From an uncultured Candidatus Saccharibacteria bacterium (lineage in GTDB: Bacteria; Patescibacteriota; Saccharimonadia; CAILAD01; BJGX01): a stretch of 64,000 nt of DNA. Below are positions 26,757-36,173 of the stretch, one piece after another. Position numbers and translations under genes: made by a program. The stretch covers positions 70,160 to 134,159 of the forward strand of contig CAZKFZ010000002.1 of assembly GCA_964552475.1 (NCBI GenBank), in the 5' to 3' direction. A model generated the notes under the pieces. That model was not told the origin of the DNA, searched no databases, and was given only the letters and a program-made list of their open reading frames with translations. Positions within the stretch are counted from its first letter, which is position 1, and every line of letters starts with the position of its first letter.

Positions 26757-29222
26757 CTACTTTGTAACAAAATTAACCAAGCGTCCTGGCACAACAATTA
26801 CTTTTAGTATTTCGCTATTCCCCGTAATACTCTGTTCTTTATTGGTTTTGTGGGCAAATCGCTCGAGTTCTTCTGAGCCTGCCTCTGGCGCCACTACAAA
26901 CTCACCTCGTAATTTACCATTTACTTGTATAACAATAGTTACTACATCATCTTTCACTAACTCTGGGTTGTGCTTGGGCCAAGTTTGCAAATGCACACTC
27001 TCAACACCACCACTCATTGCCCAAATATCTTCGGCAATAAAAGGAGTAATAGGAGCAAGCATTAGGGCTAAAGTCTGAACTGTACGCTTAGCAAGTTGTT
27101 CAAAATTCTTTGCAACCAAGCGATTACGATTAACTGGTTCATTTAAAAAGTTAACTAACTCCATCAGTGAAGAAACAATGGTGTTGAAGTGGCGCCTCTC
27201 TATATCGTTATCTAGCCTTTTCAGGGTTTTGTGTACTCTACTATCAATTTGCGTCTCAAATACTTCATCTTCTGCAGAGTTCTCGATGTTAGGCTTTGAA
27301 GTTGTGCACATATCTTGAGTAAGTTCATAAACTCTATTCAAAAACCTATATACACCGGCTAGTTTTTGTTCATTCCACTCGATAGCTTGGTCGTAAGGAC
27401 CCATAAACATCTCGTACATTCTTAAAGCATCTGCACCATACTTTCTTATGACTTCATCGGGATTTACAACATTGCCTTTGCTTTTACTCATTTTTGTACC
27501 GTCGGCAGCCAATATCATGCCATGACTACGTCTTTTGGCATACGGCTCAGAAGTTGGCACAAACCCCTTGTCGTACAAAAACTTATGCCAAAAACGGCTA
27601 TAAAGAAGGTGAAGGGTGGTGTGTTCCATGCCACCATTGTACAAATCTACCATTAGCCAATATTTGAGTTTATCTGACGCTGCGAACTCTTTGGAGTTAT
27701 TTGGATCTATATAGCGCAAATAATACCAACTACTCCCCGCCCAATTAGGCATTGTGTCGGTTTCACGTTTTGCTTTGCCACCACACGTAGGGCAATCTAC
27801 ATTCACCCAATCAGTAATATTAGCAAGTGGGCTCTCTCCGGTATCGGTCGGTTCATAGCTATCAACATCTGGCAACACAACCGGCAATTGATCTTCGGGG
27901 ACTGGCACTACGCCACATTTGTCGCAATGAATTACTGGTATGGGCTCGCCCCAATAATGCTGACGAGAAAATATCCAGTCTCGAAGTTTATAGCTAACCT
28001 GTTTTTTAGCGACACCCTCTTCTTGTAGCCACCTTGTAATTGCTTTTTTGCCTTCTTCTACGCTAAGACCATCAAATTTATCTGAATTTATTAAATTACC
28101 ATCATCTATATGAGGTTCTTTAGCTACGTCTGGCCCATCGATTACTTGAGTGATATCAATGCCGAATTTTTTGGCAAACTCATAGTCGCGTTCATCGTGT
28201 GCTGGTACAGCCATAATAGCTCCTGTGCCATAGTCCATTAGAACATAATCGGCTATATATATAGGAATATTTTGTTTGGTAGCTGGGTTTGTAGCGTAGG
28301 CGCCAGTAAAGACTCCTGTCTTATTTTTTTCTTCCATTCTATTGATGTTGCTTTTTGAGTTGGCTTGTTTTGCGTAAGACTGAACTTCTTTTTTGTTGGC
28401 CTCAGATGAAATAACTTCTACAAGTGGGTGCTCTGGCGCCAATACCATAAATGTAGCTCCAAAAATCGTATCAGCCCTGGTAGTAAAGACATTTATCTTT
28501 TCATTATGTCCATCTATGGCAAAATCTATTTCTGCACCCTCACTACGGCCTATCCAATTTATCTGTTGATTGGCAATTTGTGGCAAATAATCAACAGTCT
28601 TTAAGTCTTCTATAAGCCTATCGGCATAGGCAGTAATCTTTAAAAGCCACTGTTTAAGAAGTTTTTTCTCTACTAATGTTCCGCATCGCTCGTGACGGCC
28701 ATTCACCACTTCTTCATTAGCTAATCCTGTCTTACATTTTGGACACCAATTAATTGCAATCTCTGCTTGGTATGCTAACCCATCTTTTAATAGCTGTAAG
28801 AATATCCATTGTGTCCACTTATAGTAGTTAGGGTCGGTAGTATTAATCTCTCTAGACCAGTCAAAACTAAAGCCAAGTTCTTGCATTTGGCGCTTAAAAG
28901 TAGCAATATTTTTGGCTGTGGCGTCGGCCGGCCGAACTTTATTTTTTATAGCGTAATTTTCTGTTGGCAAACCAAAGGCATCCCAACCCATTGGGTAGAG
29001 TACGTTTCTGCCCATCATACGCAACCTTCGAGCAATAATATCTTGGGCAGCATAACTTCGCACATGACCAGTATGCAAACCGTCACCCGATGGGTACGGA
29101 AACTCTACCAACACGTAGTATGGCTTGTTTGAACCCTCATTATCCTTAGCAGCATAAAGGTTACTATCTTGCCAAAGCTTGCGCCACTTGGGCTCTATTT
29201 TTGCTGGGTCATATTTTTTCAT
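26757..29222 (-). CDS. leuS: Leucyl-tRNA synthetase
   Basis: HTGHVRSY (HIGH) and KMSKSKGN (KMSKS) motifs. 821 aa. Confidence 0.9.
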   Translation of the reverse strand: MKKYDPAKIEPKWRKLWQDSNLYAAKDNEGSNKPYYVLVEFPYPSGDGLHTGHVRSYAAQDIIARRLRMMGRNVLYPMGWDAFGLPTENYAIKNKVRPADATAKNIATFKRQMQELGFSFDWSREINTTDPNYYKWTQWIFLQLLKDGLAYQAEIAINWCPKCKTGLANEEVVNGRHERCGTLVEKKLLKQWLLKITAYADRLIEDLKTVDYLPQIANQQINWIGRSEGAEIDFAIDGHNEKINVFTTRADTIFGATFMVLAPEHPLVEVISSEANKKEVQSYAKQANSKSNINRMEEKNKTGVFTGAYATNPATKQNIPIYIADYVLMDYGTGAIMAVPAHDERDYEFAKKFGIDITQVIDGPDVAKEPHIDDGNLINSDKFDGLSVEEGKKAITRWLQEEGVAKKQVSYKLRDWIFSRQHYWGEPIPVIHCDKCGVVPVPEDQLPVVLPDVDSYEPTDTGESPLANITDWVNVDCPTCGGKAKRETDTMPNWAGSSWYYLRYIDPNNSKEFAASDKLKYWLMVDLYNGGMEHTTLHLLYSRFWHKFLYDKGFVPTSEPYAKRRSHGMILAADGTKMSKSKGNVVNPDEVIRKYGADALRMYEMFMGPYDQAIEWNEQKLAGVYRFLNRVYELTQDMCTTSKPNIENSAEDEVFETQIDSRVHKTLKRLDNDIERRHFNTIVSSLMELVNFLNEPVNRNRLVAKNFEQLAKRTVQTLALMLAPITPFIAEDIWAMSGGVESVHLQTWPKHNPELVKDDVVTIVIQVNGKLRGEFVVAPEAGSEELERFAHKTNKEQSITGNSEILKVIVVPGRLVNFVTK

Positions 29223-29298
29223 ATTCTTTATTTTACCTTATTTGAAGGTAATTTGTATTGATTGATAATTGTAAAAAATAAACAAATAGTGTTCGAGC

Positions 29299-29345
29299 GC
29301 GGCCCTACCAAAGCGATGTTCAGCGCTTTGGTAGGGCCGATGCCC
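29299..29345 (-). terminator. Rho-independent terminator with a perfect 15-bp stem (ggccctaccaaagcg / cgctttggtagggcc)
   Basis: On the minus strand it is followed by tttgtttatttttt. Sits between the 85-aa gene and the leuS start. Confidence 0.65.
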
Positions 29346-29364
29346 GCAAGGGAATTAAGCGACC

Positions 29365-29622
29365 CTACAGATGATGTTCAGCATCTTTGGGTCTAGGAAC
29401 AGCTCGTACAATACGAATTTGTATTTGTACTGGCTCGTTAGGTAATTTAATACCAAGGGTTCGACCAAACTTACTACTTAGGTCGGTTACCATCATCTCT
29501 ACCGCTCTAAATATTTGGTAACCAAGTGGCTTACGATGATCTAGGTCAAATTCTGCAGTTGCCACCAATCTGTCGGAGTGAATTTCTGGACGTAGATCAC
29601 GCATAACAATTTGTTTAGGCAT
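29365..29622 (-). CDS. Hypothetical 85-aa protein (possible small PilZ-like fold, RDLRPE...DLSSKFG)
   Basis: Start overlaps the upstream 54-aa ORF by ATGCCTAA. Confidence 0.4.
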   Translation of the reverse strand: MPKQIVMRDLRPEIHSDRLVATAEFDLDHRKPLGYQIFRAVEMMVTDLSSKFGRTLGIKLPNEPVQIQIRIVRAVPRPKDAEHHL

Positions 29623-29779
29623 ACGGCATTATACCGTCGGGCAGCTCTTTGCTATAACTAGGCTTAACTCTAGTTACTACAAAAACCGCACTTTCGGCCT
29701 GATCTCTCACTACCTTATCAGAAGCATTGATGTCGGTTGCCTTATTAGGTTCTTCGGTTGGCAATACTTGAGTGGTCAT
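29615..29779 (-). CDS. Small hypothetical protein (54 aa), not in the ORF track
   Basis: MTTQVLPTEEPNKATDINASDKVVRDQAESAVFVVTRVKPSYSKELPDGIMPYA. Strong SD aaagaggacagcaATG. Translationally coupled to the 85-aa gene. Confidence 0.4.
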   Translation of the reverse strand: MTTQVLPTEEPNKATDINASDKVVRDQAESAVFVVTRVKPSYSKELPDGIMPYA

Positions 29780-29840
29780 TGCTGTCCTCTTTTTTTGAGG
29801 GTACGATTATTTCCCTTTTCGGCCTCGAATTGTTTCGAAA

Positions 29841-29866
29841 CCGATTTTGAAAAACAAAAAACCGCC
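29841..29866 (-). promoter_or_regulatory. Copy A of a 26-nt conserved promoter-proximal element (ggcggttttttgtttttcWgaatcgg on the minus strand)
   Basis: 24/26 nt identical to copy B at 30610-30635. Lies about 60 nt upstream of the ORF start, overlapping a terminator hairpin for the upstream gene. Confidence 0.4.
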
Positions 29867-30049
29867 GATAGTTTCGACGGTTTGGATATTGCTTTTGGTA
29901 AATTATTTTAGCTTACAGAAATCCCAACCGTCTTCGGCAGAAGTAGAACTAGTAGGTTTAGGATATTAATTCGTTTCACATTCAAAATATTAACAATCTC
30001 ATTAGCTAATGTCAAGTTTTTTTTTATAGAACAAACTAAAAGTTAATCG

Positions 30050-30080
30050 CCCTATCCTAAAAAATATAGGATAGGGCGAT
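30050..30080. terminator. Perfect 11-bp inverted repeat cgccctatcct-aaaaaatat-aggatagggcg
   Basis: Seen directly. AT-rich flanks on both sides. Confidence 0.45.
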
Positions 30081-30232
30081 GTTGTTGAGTATTTTGTCAT
30101 TCTTAGGATGACTCGTAACTCTCGTTGCGAATATCTAATACAAAAGTGTATCGACCAGGCAACTGTCTAAATGGTGGTTTAGACTTATCTGTCTTGTCTA
30201 CATTTTTTGGTGGCTTTTCTTGCGCTTTTGGA

Positions 30233-30553
30233 TTATTGGCCATTGGTATCACCCTGCCTTTCAGGTAACATTCTAAGGTCGACCGTCACGCGGTACGAAA
30301 CTTGGCTATTGGTATCACTCAAAATACCAGACCTATCTTCTTCATATTGCCATTTGTGCGCTAGTTCGGCTAGTGAACTGGCAGCCACAGAAAATGCTCT
30401 GTAAATGTCTGCTCTACTAGGGTGTTCTGGTAGCGTTACTACACACTGATACAAACCGTGTGCTCGACCAGTTTTTACATCGGCAGTAATCGAACGATGT
30501 GGATGATCGACATCTGGAAGATTGTGGGTAGCGAAGTTTGAAAAACTAGACAT
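30233..30553 (-). CDS. Divergent 6-pyruvoyl-tetrahydropterin synthase / QueD-like T-fold protein (catalytic motif degenerate)
   Basis: FATHNLPDVDHPH...TGRAHGLYQCVVTL aligns with E. coli QueD [28 protein letters not shown], but HGH is HGL and the Cys is missing. SD gagaggaaacaATG. Confidence 0.4.
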   Translation of the reverse strand: MSSFSNFATHNLPDVDHPHRSITADVKTGRAHGLYQCVVTLPEHPSRADIYRAFSVAASSLAELAHKWQYEEDRSGILSDTNSQVSYRVTVDLRMLPERQGDTNGQ

Positions 30554-30609
30554 TGTTTCCTCTCATAAGGTGCGATTGTGTTTCTTGACGATGTAGAATG
30601 GTTTCTACA

Positions 30610-30635
30610 CCGATTCAGAAAAACAAAAAACCGCC
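30610..30635 (-). promoter_or_regulatory. Copy B of the 26-nt conserved element, overlapping the terminator aaaccgcc-aaaagag-ggcggttt of the upstream peptidase-like gene
   Basis: Direct comparison with copy A. Downstream of both copies is a shared caATCGyACC block about 25 nt before the start codon. Confidence 0.4.
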
Positions 30636-30783
30636 TCTTTTGGCGGTTTCATTGGTATTCTTTGTTTTTTCTTATATAGCTAGCTAACCGCCTCGGAGTG
30701 AGTGATTTTAATAATTGAAACAATAATGTTTTTAGTAACAAAAGACTTCATGAGCACAAGTATCGCAAAATAAAACTGCTGTG

Positions 30784-31449
30784 TCAAGACGGCTTGGTAA
30801 AAATAGCCAGGTAGTTGAAGTAGCGAAAAAATCTCTCTGTAGTAATTTTTTGCCTGGCATTATACTCTTCTGGCTTATCAATTGGATCGGTGTAGTAAAA
30901 ATAGTCGTGGGTGTTGTTTTTTTGATAACCGTTTAAAACAATTTGATGATTTTCACCATGGTCGTCAAAGTTGAGTTTAACACTTACTATTACTGGACAA
31001 TTGTGGCGAAAACTCTCTATAAGGCTATTTTTGACTTTATCATTTAGTTCATCAATACTATCTTCATTTTTAACCTGCATATTTAGCTCACTCTCTTGTT
31101 CTATAGAATAGTCTTCGTTTCTTGCTAACTTGGTAGGATTAGGATTTTCTATATTCCAATTTCTACGCCACGGTATATAGCCTAGTTTCTTAAGATAATC
31201 GACTTGAGCCGAGTGAAGCCAGTTACTGTCTCTATTAAGACCATTGTGAGCTAGTAGCCACTCTCGTATTTCGACAAGTTTAATAGATTTATCACTAGAC
31301 GGTGGCAAATAATCAATAACTATCTTCATAGCAGCAATTGCACAAATTTTACGAGCTTCTTGCGCTGGAATATGATGCTCCGGATCTTCTTGCCAAACGT
31401 GATTAACATTAAGATATATGTCTTGAAAGTCTAAATTTGAATTTTTCAT
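30784..31449 (-). CDS. Hypothetical protein, possibly a papain-like (C39-like) cysteine peptidase fold
   Basis: Cys in ARKICAIAAMKIV and a later His in ENHQIVLNGY. 221 aa. Weak. Confidence 0.35.
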   Translation of the reverse strand: MKNSNLDFQDIYLNVNHVWQEDPEHHIPAQEARKICAIAAMKIVIDYLPPSSDKSIKLVEIREWLLAHNGLNRDSNWLHSAQVDYLKKLGYIPWRRNWNIENPNPTKLARNEDYSIEQESELNMQVKNEDSIDELNDKVKNSLIESFRHNCPVIVSVKLNFDDHGENHQIVLNGYQKNNTHDYFYYTDPIDKPEEYNARQKITTERFFRYFNYLAIFTKPS

Positions 31450-31465
31450 ATTTTAGATAGAGTAG

Positions 31466-32737
31466 TTATAGCGAAAATGATTTTTTCTTACGTCGTTTCC
31501 AAACCGAAGACTGTCTAACCAAAACCTCTTCGGCATTGGTTTGTGGGTCGAGAAGTATTCTAGTAACTTCTTCGGTGTAAACCCCAGATTGACTGCCTTT
31601 CACAAGTATAACATCGCCTTTTTTTATTACTCCTTTTAGGTAGTGACCGGCCTCATATGGGGTTCTAAAAACCTTGATTTGGTCATTTTTTAAACCGCCA
31701 TGGGCTGCGGCAGGCGCCATTACCTCTTCTGCAGATTTACCAACCGTCACCAGTAAATCAACTACTTTTGCAGCCATTGTACCTACTTCTTGATGAGCAG
31801 GCGTAGATTGGTCGCCTAATTCATTCATACTACCAAGCACAGCAATGTGTCGTCCCTTCAATTCTTTTAAGGTATTAAGAGCCGATATGGCAGCGTCTGG
31901 ACTTGAGTTGTAGCTATCATCTATTATGCGAGTACCTTCAATACCTCTTAGTAAGTTCATTCGGCCAGACACTGGTTCTACGTGAGATAGTTCAAAACAT
32001 ATTGCTTCAAAAGGTATTTGTAGCTCGTGTCCTACTGCAGCGGCGGCCAAAAGACTATAGAGATTTTGCACCCCTATCATTCTTGTGTGAATAGTGTGTT
32101 TGTTTTTGCCTATTTTTAGGCTTGCTTGCAAACAACCATTTTTACTACGTTTGATATTCTCAAACCGTATGGCGCCATGCTTTATGCCAAAGCCAATGGT
32201 GCCGGTTTTATAGGCCTTTTTTCGTAGTTCTTTACTATCGGCATTGTAGATAATTTTATTAGCATTAGCAGCTGTTTGCCAGTTGTAATGCACTACGGTT
32301 TTCATATCTTTTAGAAACTCCATATGTACCGGTGCAATCGCCGATATTACTCCAATATCTAACTTTACAATTTGTAGGACTTTTTTCATCATTACAAACT
32401 CGTCGTCGGCTAATTCTAGCACAACAGTGTCGAACTTATAATGCGCAATTTCGTTATCTATTTGGGTAAATATTTTCTTCCAGGCACGTGGATCCCATAG
32501 TTTGGCAGGCACTTTTAGCCCAAATAAACTTAGTGGAATTCCAATATCAGTATTGTAGCTGTCTACCGAGTAACGAACTTTTCTGGTTGCACTCAATACT
32601 TGACCAATAGCTAACTTAGTAGATGTTTTACCCACACTACCTGTTACGCCAATAATAGTTATTTTGTGACTACTTAGTAATTTGCGAACTTTTGTATTAA
32701 GCCGAGAAATTATTATTTTTTTAGCAATGCTTTTCAT
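31466..32737 (-). CDS. murF: Mur ligase family protein, likely UDP-MurNAc-tripeptide--D-Ala-D-Ala ligase
   Basis: P-loop IIGVTGSVGKTSTK and overall Mur ligase layout. 423 aa. Confidence 0.65.
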   Translation of the reverse strand: MKSIAKKIIISRLNTKVRKLLSSHKITIIGVTGSVGKTSTKLAIGQVLSATRKVRYSVDSYNTDIGIPLSLFGLKVPAKLWDPRAWKKIFTQIDNEIAHYKFDTVVLELADDEFVMMKKVLQIVKLDIGVISAIAPVHMEFLKDMKTVVHYNWQTAANANKIIYNADSKELRKKAYKTGTIGFGIKHGAIRFENIKRSKNGCLQASLKIGKNKHTIHTRMIGVQNLYSLLAAAAVGHELQIPFEAICFELSHVEPVSGRMNLLRGIEGTRIIDDSYNSSPDAAISALNTLKELKGRHIAVLGSMNELGDQSTPAHQEVGTMAAKVVDLLVTVGKSAEEVMAPAAAHGGLKNDQIKVFRTPYEAGHYLKGVIKKGDVILVKGSQSGVYTEEVTRILLDPQTNAEEVLVRQSSVWKRRKKKSFSL

Positions 32738-32822
32738 AATTGATACTACATAGTCTAGCAGAATAAGAATTGATATTCGAATAAAAAAATGCCTATATAT
32801 TTTATATGGGCATTTGTTGGTG

Positions 32823-33380
32823 TTATTTTAGAATAGACTTTAGTACCCTAGGGTAAAGCACTCTTTCTTTTTGCTTGATTCTCTCATGTAAAGTTTCTTC
32901 GGTGTCGGTTGCTATAATACTCACTTCAGCTTGGGCTAGTACCTCGCCAGTATCTACCTTGGCAGTAGCTATATGAATTGTGCAGCCAGTTTTATCTACT
33001 CCAGAAGCAAGTGCTTGCTCTACTGCATTATGGCCTTTGAAATCAGGTAGTAAAGAGGGGTGCGAGTTTATTATTATACCCTTATAGGTTTTGAAAAAAT
33101 CTGCCGACAATATTGTCATAAACCCAGCCATTGCAATAACGTTAATATCGTACTCAGTTACTATTTTGAATAACTTCTAACAATAAAGCTTTCTGTCAAA
33201 AGACTTACTGAAGTCGGTACGTTCTAATATGATAGTTTTTATATTACTTTTTCTTGCAATATCGATCGCTCTGCATGGCCTGTCGGCAACAACCAGCTCA
33301 ATTAGTAACCCGCTATCGATGATTGCCTTGAGTAAACTGCCTGTTCCAGATGCGAAGACTGCTAGGTGTTTTTGGGTCAT
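32823..33380 (-). pseudogene. purN: Phosphoribosylglycinamide formyltransferase PurN interrupted by a single in-frame TAG (codon at 33177-33179)
   Basis: Track ORFs 33177..33380 (N-terminal half, HLAVFASGTGSLL) and 32823..33131 (C-terminal half, MAGFMTILS...INSHPSLLP) are in the same frame, separated only by TAG: ...DRKLYC*KLFKIVTEYDINVIAMAGFM. Confidence 0.6.
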
Positions 33381-33458
33381 AGTTATGTGTTTTCTTTCGG
33401 AATTTAGCCATAATTAGTATAAAAAACCCCGACGTGATTGTCGAGGTTGGCCTATCTT

Positions 33459-34238
33459 TTAAGTATGAAAGAACATTAGTGCGTACAGTAGATATTCGTA
33501 AGCTTCAATTATATCTAGCTTTCCTTGGTCGTCTCTAAGCTTACCCTGGGCATCAATGCATAGCTCAGGATATATAGAGAAGAGTCTTCCAAGGCTAAGT
33601 ACGTTGACACTACAAAGACCACCGGCTACACCTATTCCAAACCATTCGTGTAGGTTGAGATTAGTCAGGTGACTTATGTAGCTTTGGCAGAGTTCTATAT
33701 CTAGATCTACACCAACACCACCGCTCATATCAAATAGTACGTAATCTATGAGCTCTTTGTATTCAATACTAAGCTTTTGAGCTAGACGACCAATATCGCC
33801 ATTAAGCTCTTCAAAAGCTTGTTTGCCAATTTGTAATACAATTACGGCATCTGGGTAGTGTTTTCTAAACTCTACTAGCTCGCCTGGGTCTGGCCAAGCA
33901 ATATTGAGCTGAAAACCCTGGCAATTAGGGCCACCCCACTTCATAGCTTCTACCAACTGACTAGCTAAGTCTGTGGTGTCGTGAGTATTGTAGTGAAGTA
34001 GATTTAGTGCAACATTGTGATCGGTAAATATCGTTGCGATATCTTCTCGTTTAGGAAAGCTATGTGGGTGCTTATTTAGTTTTCCGCCCAGGGTAGTGTC
34101 GCTAATTAATACACCGACCATTACTTTGGCGTCAAGACCAATGCCCTCAAAGCCATTTAAAAGCTCATTTACTTCTTCCCTATTCATAAAACCAGTGACA
34201 CCAACGTAGGGTAGATGAGTGATTGTTTTTGGGCTCAC
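33459..34238 (-). CDS. Hypothetical protein, possible TIM-barrel fold
   Basis: 259-aa ORF. Family not recognised. Confidence 0.4.
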   Translation of the reverse strand: MSPKTITHLPYVGVTGFMNREEVNELLNGFEGIGLDAKVMVGVLISDTTLGGKLNKHPHSFPKREDIATIFTDHNVALNLLHYNTHDTTDLASQLVEAMKWGGPNCQGFQLNIAWPDPGELVEFRKHYPDAVIVLQIGKQAFEELNGDIGRLAQKLSIEYKELIDYVLFDMSGGVGVDLDIELCQSYISHLTNLNLHEWFGIGVAGGLCSVNVLSLGRLFSIYPELCIDAQGKLRDDQGKLDIIEAYEYLLYALMFFHT

Positions 34239-34324
34239 AGTAAAATACCTATCTTATAGAAGGTGCAATTACAGGCAATAGTTTACTGTTGAACCCACCC
34301 AGTAGTCAATCGTAAGTATTATGA

Positions 34325-34774
34325 TTATTTCTTTTTGTTATTAGTTTTTTCGGCCTTTTCTTCTTTTTTTGCTTCGGCTTCGGCTTCTTTTTCACGTTTT
34401 TTCTTGTCTATGTCTATTCTATCAAGACGCAAGAACTTAAAACCAAAATAAACCACAGCAGCAATTACAAAAAAGTCTATTAGAGATGAAACAAAGTTAC
34501 CCCAAGCAACTGTTGCTGTTCCTAGTTTAAAAGTTGCTGTAGTAAGGTTTACTTTTCCTAAGAACAAACCCAATATTGGGTTGATAATATCTACTACAAA
34601 CGAGTTTACTAGCTTAGTTACTGCTCCACCAATTATAAAACCTACAGCGAGAGTTACTACACCTTGTTCTCTTATAAAATCAAAGAATCCACTGGTTTGT
34701 TGACCAGCTGCTTCTCGGGCTTTTTGGGCCGCACTCTTGGTAGTTTTGGTTATGATATCCATCTTTTCTTTCAT
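34325..34774 (-). CDS. mscL: Large-conductance mechanosensitive channel with a K/E-rich C-terminal tail
   Basis: FFDFIREQGVVTLAVGFIIGGA...DIINPILG is the canonical MscL TM1 region. Confidence 0.8.
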   Translation of the reverse strand: MKEKMDIITKTTKSAAQKAREAAGQQTSGFFDFIREQGVVTLAVGFIIGGAVTKLVNSFVVDIINPILGLFLGKVNLTTATFKLGTATVAWGNFVSSLIDFFVIAAVVYFGFKFLRLDRIDIDKKKREKEAEAEAKKEEKAEKTNNKKK

Positions 34775-34855
34775 ACTTATTATACAACGTATCTAATAAA
34801 AAATCGTGACTTTTTTATTAGTAAAAACCCGCCAAGGCGGCGGGTTAAAAAAAGT

Positions 34856-35101
34856 TTAAAAACTAGATTCACTGAAATCTGGTGAAGCATTAGACCTTCT
34901 ATAAAGAGTATCCTCTTCTCTTGGGCCAGTGTCTTCTAAGAAAGTCATAATTAAACAATATGCAGGCAAACCAAGAAGTACCAGTGTAGATAAGAGAATT
35001 AGCTGTGTCATAACACACTCCTTTTGCGGTGTTATTTTAAACGCTTGATTAAACTTTAACCAAGTACAACCTAGATTAACATTAACTGATACTGTTTTCA
35101 A
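34856..35101 (-). CDS. Hypothetical small protein (81 aa)
   Basis: ORF only. A terminator-like hairpin cccgcc-aaggc-ggcggg lies downstream on the minus strand at about 34826-34850. Confidence 0.25.
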   Translation of the reverse strand: MKTVSVNVNLGCTWLKFNQAFKITPQKECVMTQLILLSTLVLLGLPAYCLIMTFLEDTGPREEDTLYRRSNASPDFSESSF

Positions 35102-35136
35102 TTATAAAAGACCCTCACAAAGAGAGTCTTTTATAG

Positions 35137-35213
<77 letters not shown>

Positions 35214-35402
35214 TCGTCCAAATAGTATTATCGTTTTTTGCAAAATAAAAATATATTTTGCTCCATATAGCATACTATTTCTCCTCTCGATTTACGAAAC
35301 AGCATTGCTTGGTTTCATAAATCGGTTCAGAAAAAGAATAAGAATAGCTAATAATCAATAATATTAGACATACAGAACTATACCTTAAAACGGTGTAAAA
35401 AT

Positions 35403-35606
35403 CTAGAAAGCCCGCAAGATTATGTTAAATAAATAAACCACCACTATCACTGCCAAACTACCTACTAAAAATCCTATAAATATGCCGAAGCCTAGTCTAA
35501 AACCATCACGATAAGTGTAGTGTGCTGCTCTAGTGATATCGTCGGCAGCTAGCTCTTTTTTAAAATATTCTTGGTTGTTTTTGGGGTGACGTGGCTTATC
35601 TTCCAT
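35403..35606 (-). CDS. Small membrane protein (67 aa)
   Basis: C-terminal TM helix. Ends 7 nt before the start of the next gene. Confidence 0.35.
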   Translation of the reverse strand: MEDKPRHPKNNQEYFKKELAADDITRAAHYTYRDGFRLGFGIFIGFLVGSLAVIVVVYLFNIILRAF

Positions 35607-35612
35607 TAATAC

Positions 35613-36173
35613 TTATTGTACCACTTTTGTAGCCAATAGAACCACGTGCTTAGTACTACGTTTAATAATTTTGTAGTTGCCAAAAACTTGCTTCATTTGC
35701 CTAGCTACCCAGGGTTTTAGGCGTGCTTCTACCACTATTAGTAAGTTCCCGCCGTTGTTTAGTTTTTCAAAACTTTGAGCTATCATTTGTTCTACCACTT
35801 CTCTACCGCGATGGGTGGGTGGGTTTGAGACAACTAGATCTAGTAAAGTATTATCATTTAATTCTAAAAATCCATGGCTGGCAATTACTTCAATATTATC
35901 TAAATTATTGAGCTTAGCATTGATACTAGCGATTTTAACAGCACCAATATCAGAATCTAGGCAAATAACTCTACTACTTGGGTTGCTTTTGGCCAACCAT
36001 AGACCAATAGCACCCCAACCACAACCCCAATCAACTGCAGTCTGATAGACTAAGTTTTGTTTACTTACACTTTCTAAAAGTAACTTGGTACCAATATCTA
36101 GGCCTTTTGGCGAAAATAAATCTGGCAATGTTTCGCACCGTAATTTTGTTCCCGTAATTTCAAACTCTACCAT
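35613..36173 (-). CDS. Class I SAM-dependent methyltransferase (RsmC/RlmG-like small-domain MTase)
   Basis: DWGCGWGAIGLWLA (motif I) and VVSNPPTHRG (NPPxH). Start overlaps obg by 7 nt. Confidence 0.65.
   Translation of the reverse strand: MVEFEITGTKLRCETLPDLFSPKGLDIGTKLLLESVSKQNLVYQTAVDWGCGWGAIGLWLAKSNPSSRVICLDSDIGAVKIASINAKLNNLDNIEVIASHGFLELNDNTLLDLVVSNPPTHRGREVVEQMIAQSFEKLNNGGNLLIVVEARLKPWVARQMKQVFGNYKIIKRSTKHVVLLATKVVQ

Noticed and set aside
29841-30635. Possible CRISPR array
   Set aside because: There are only two copies of the 26-nt repeat, about 770 nt apart, each embedded in promoter/terminator context, and no cas genes. This is not a CRISPR array. None was found elsewhere in the window.
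32823-33380. Genome-wide stop-codon reassignment (as in code 25 or amber-recoding lineages)
   Set aside because: TGA and TAA serve as ordinary terminators of well-defined genes here (TGA ends both the ParB-MTase and the large MTase). No other in-frame TAG interrupts a recognisable gene in 64 kb, so the purN TAG is treated as an isolated lesion or error.
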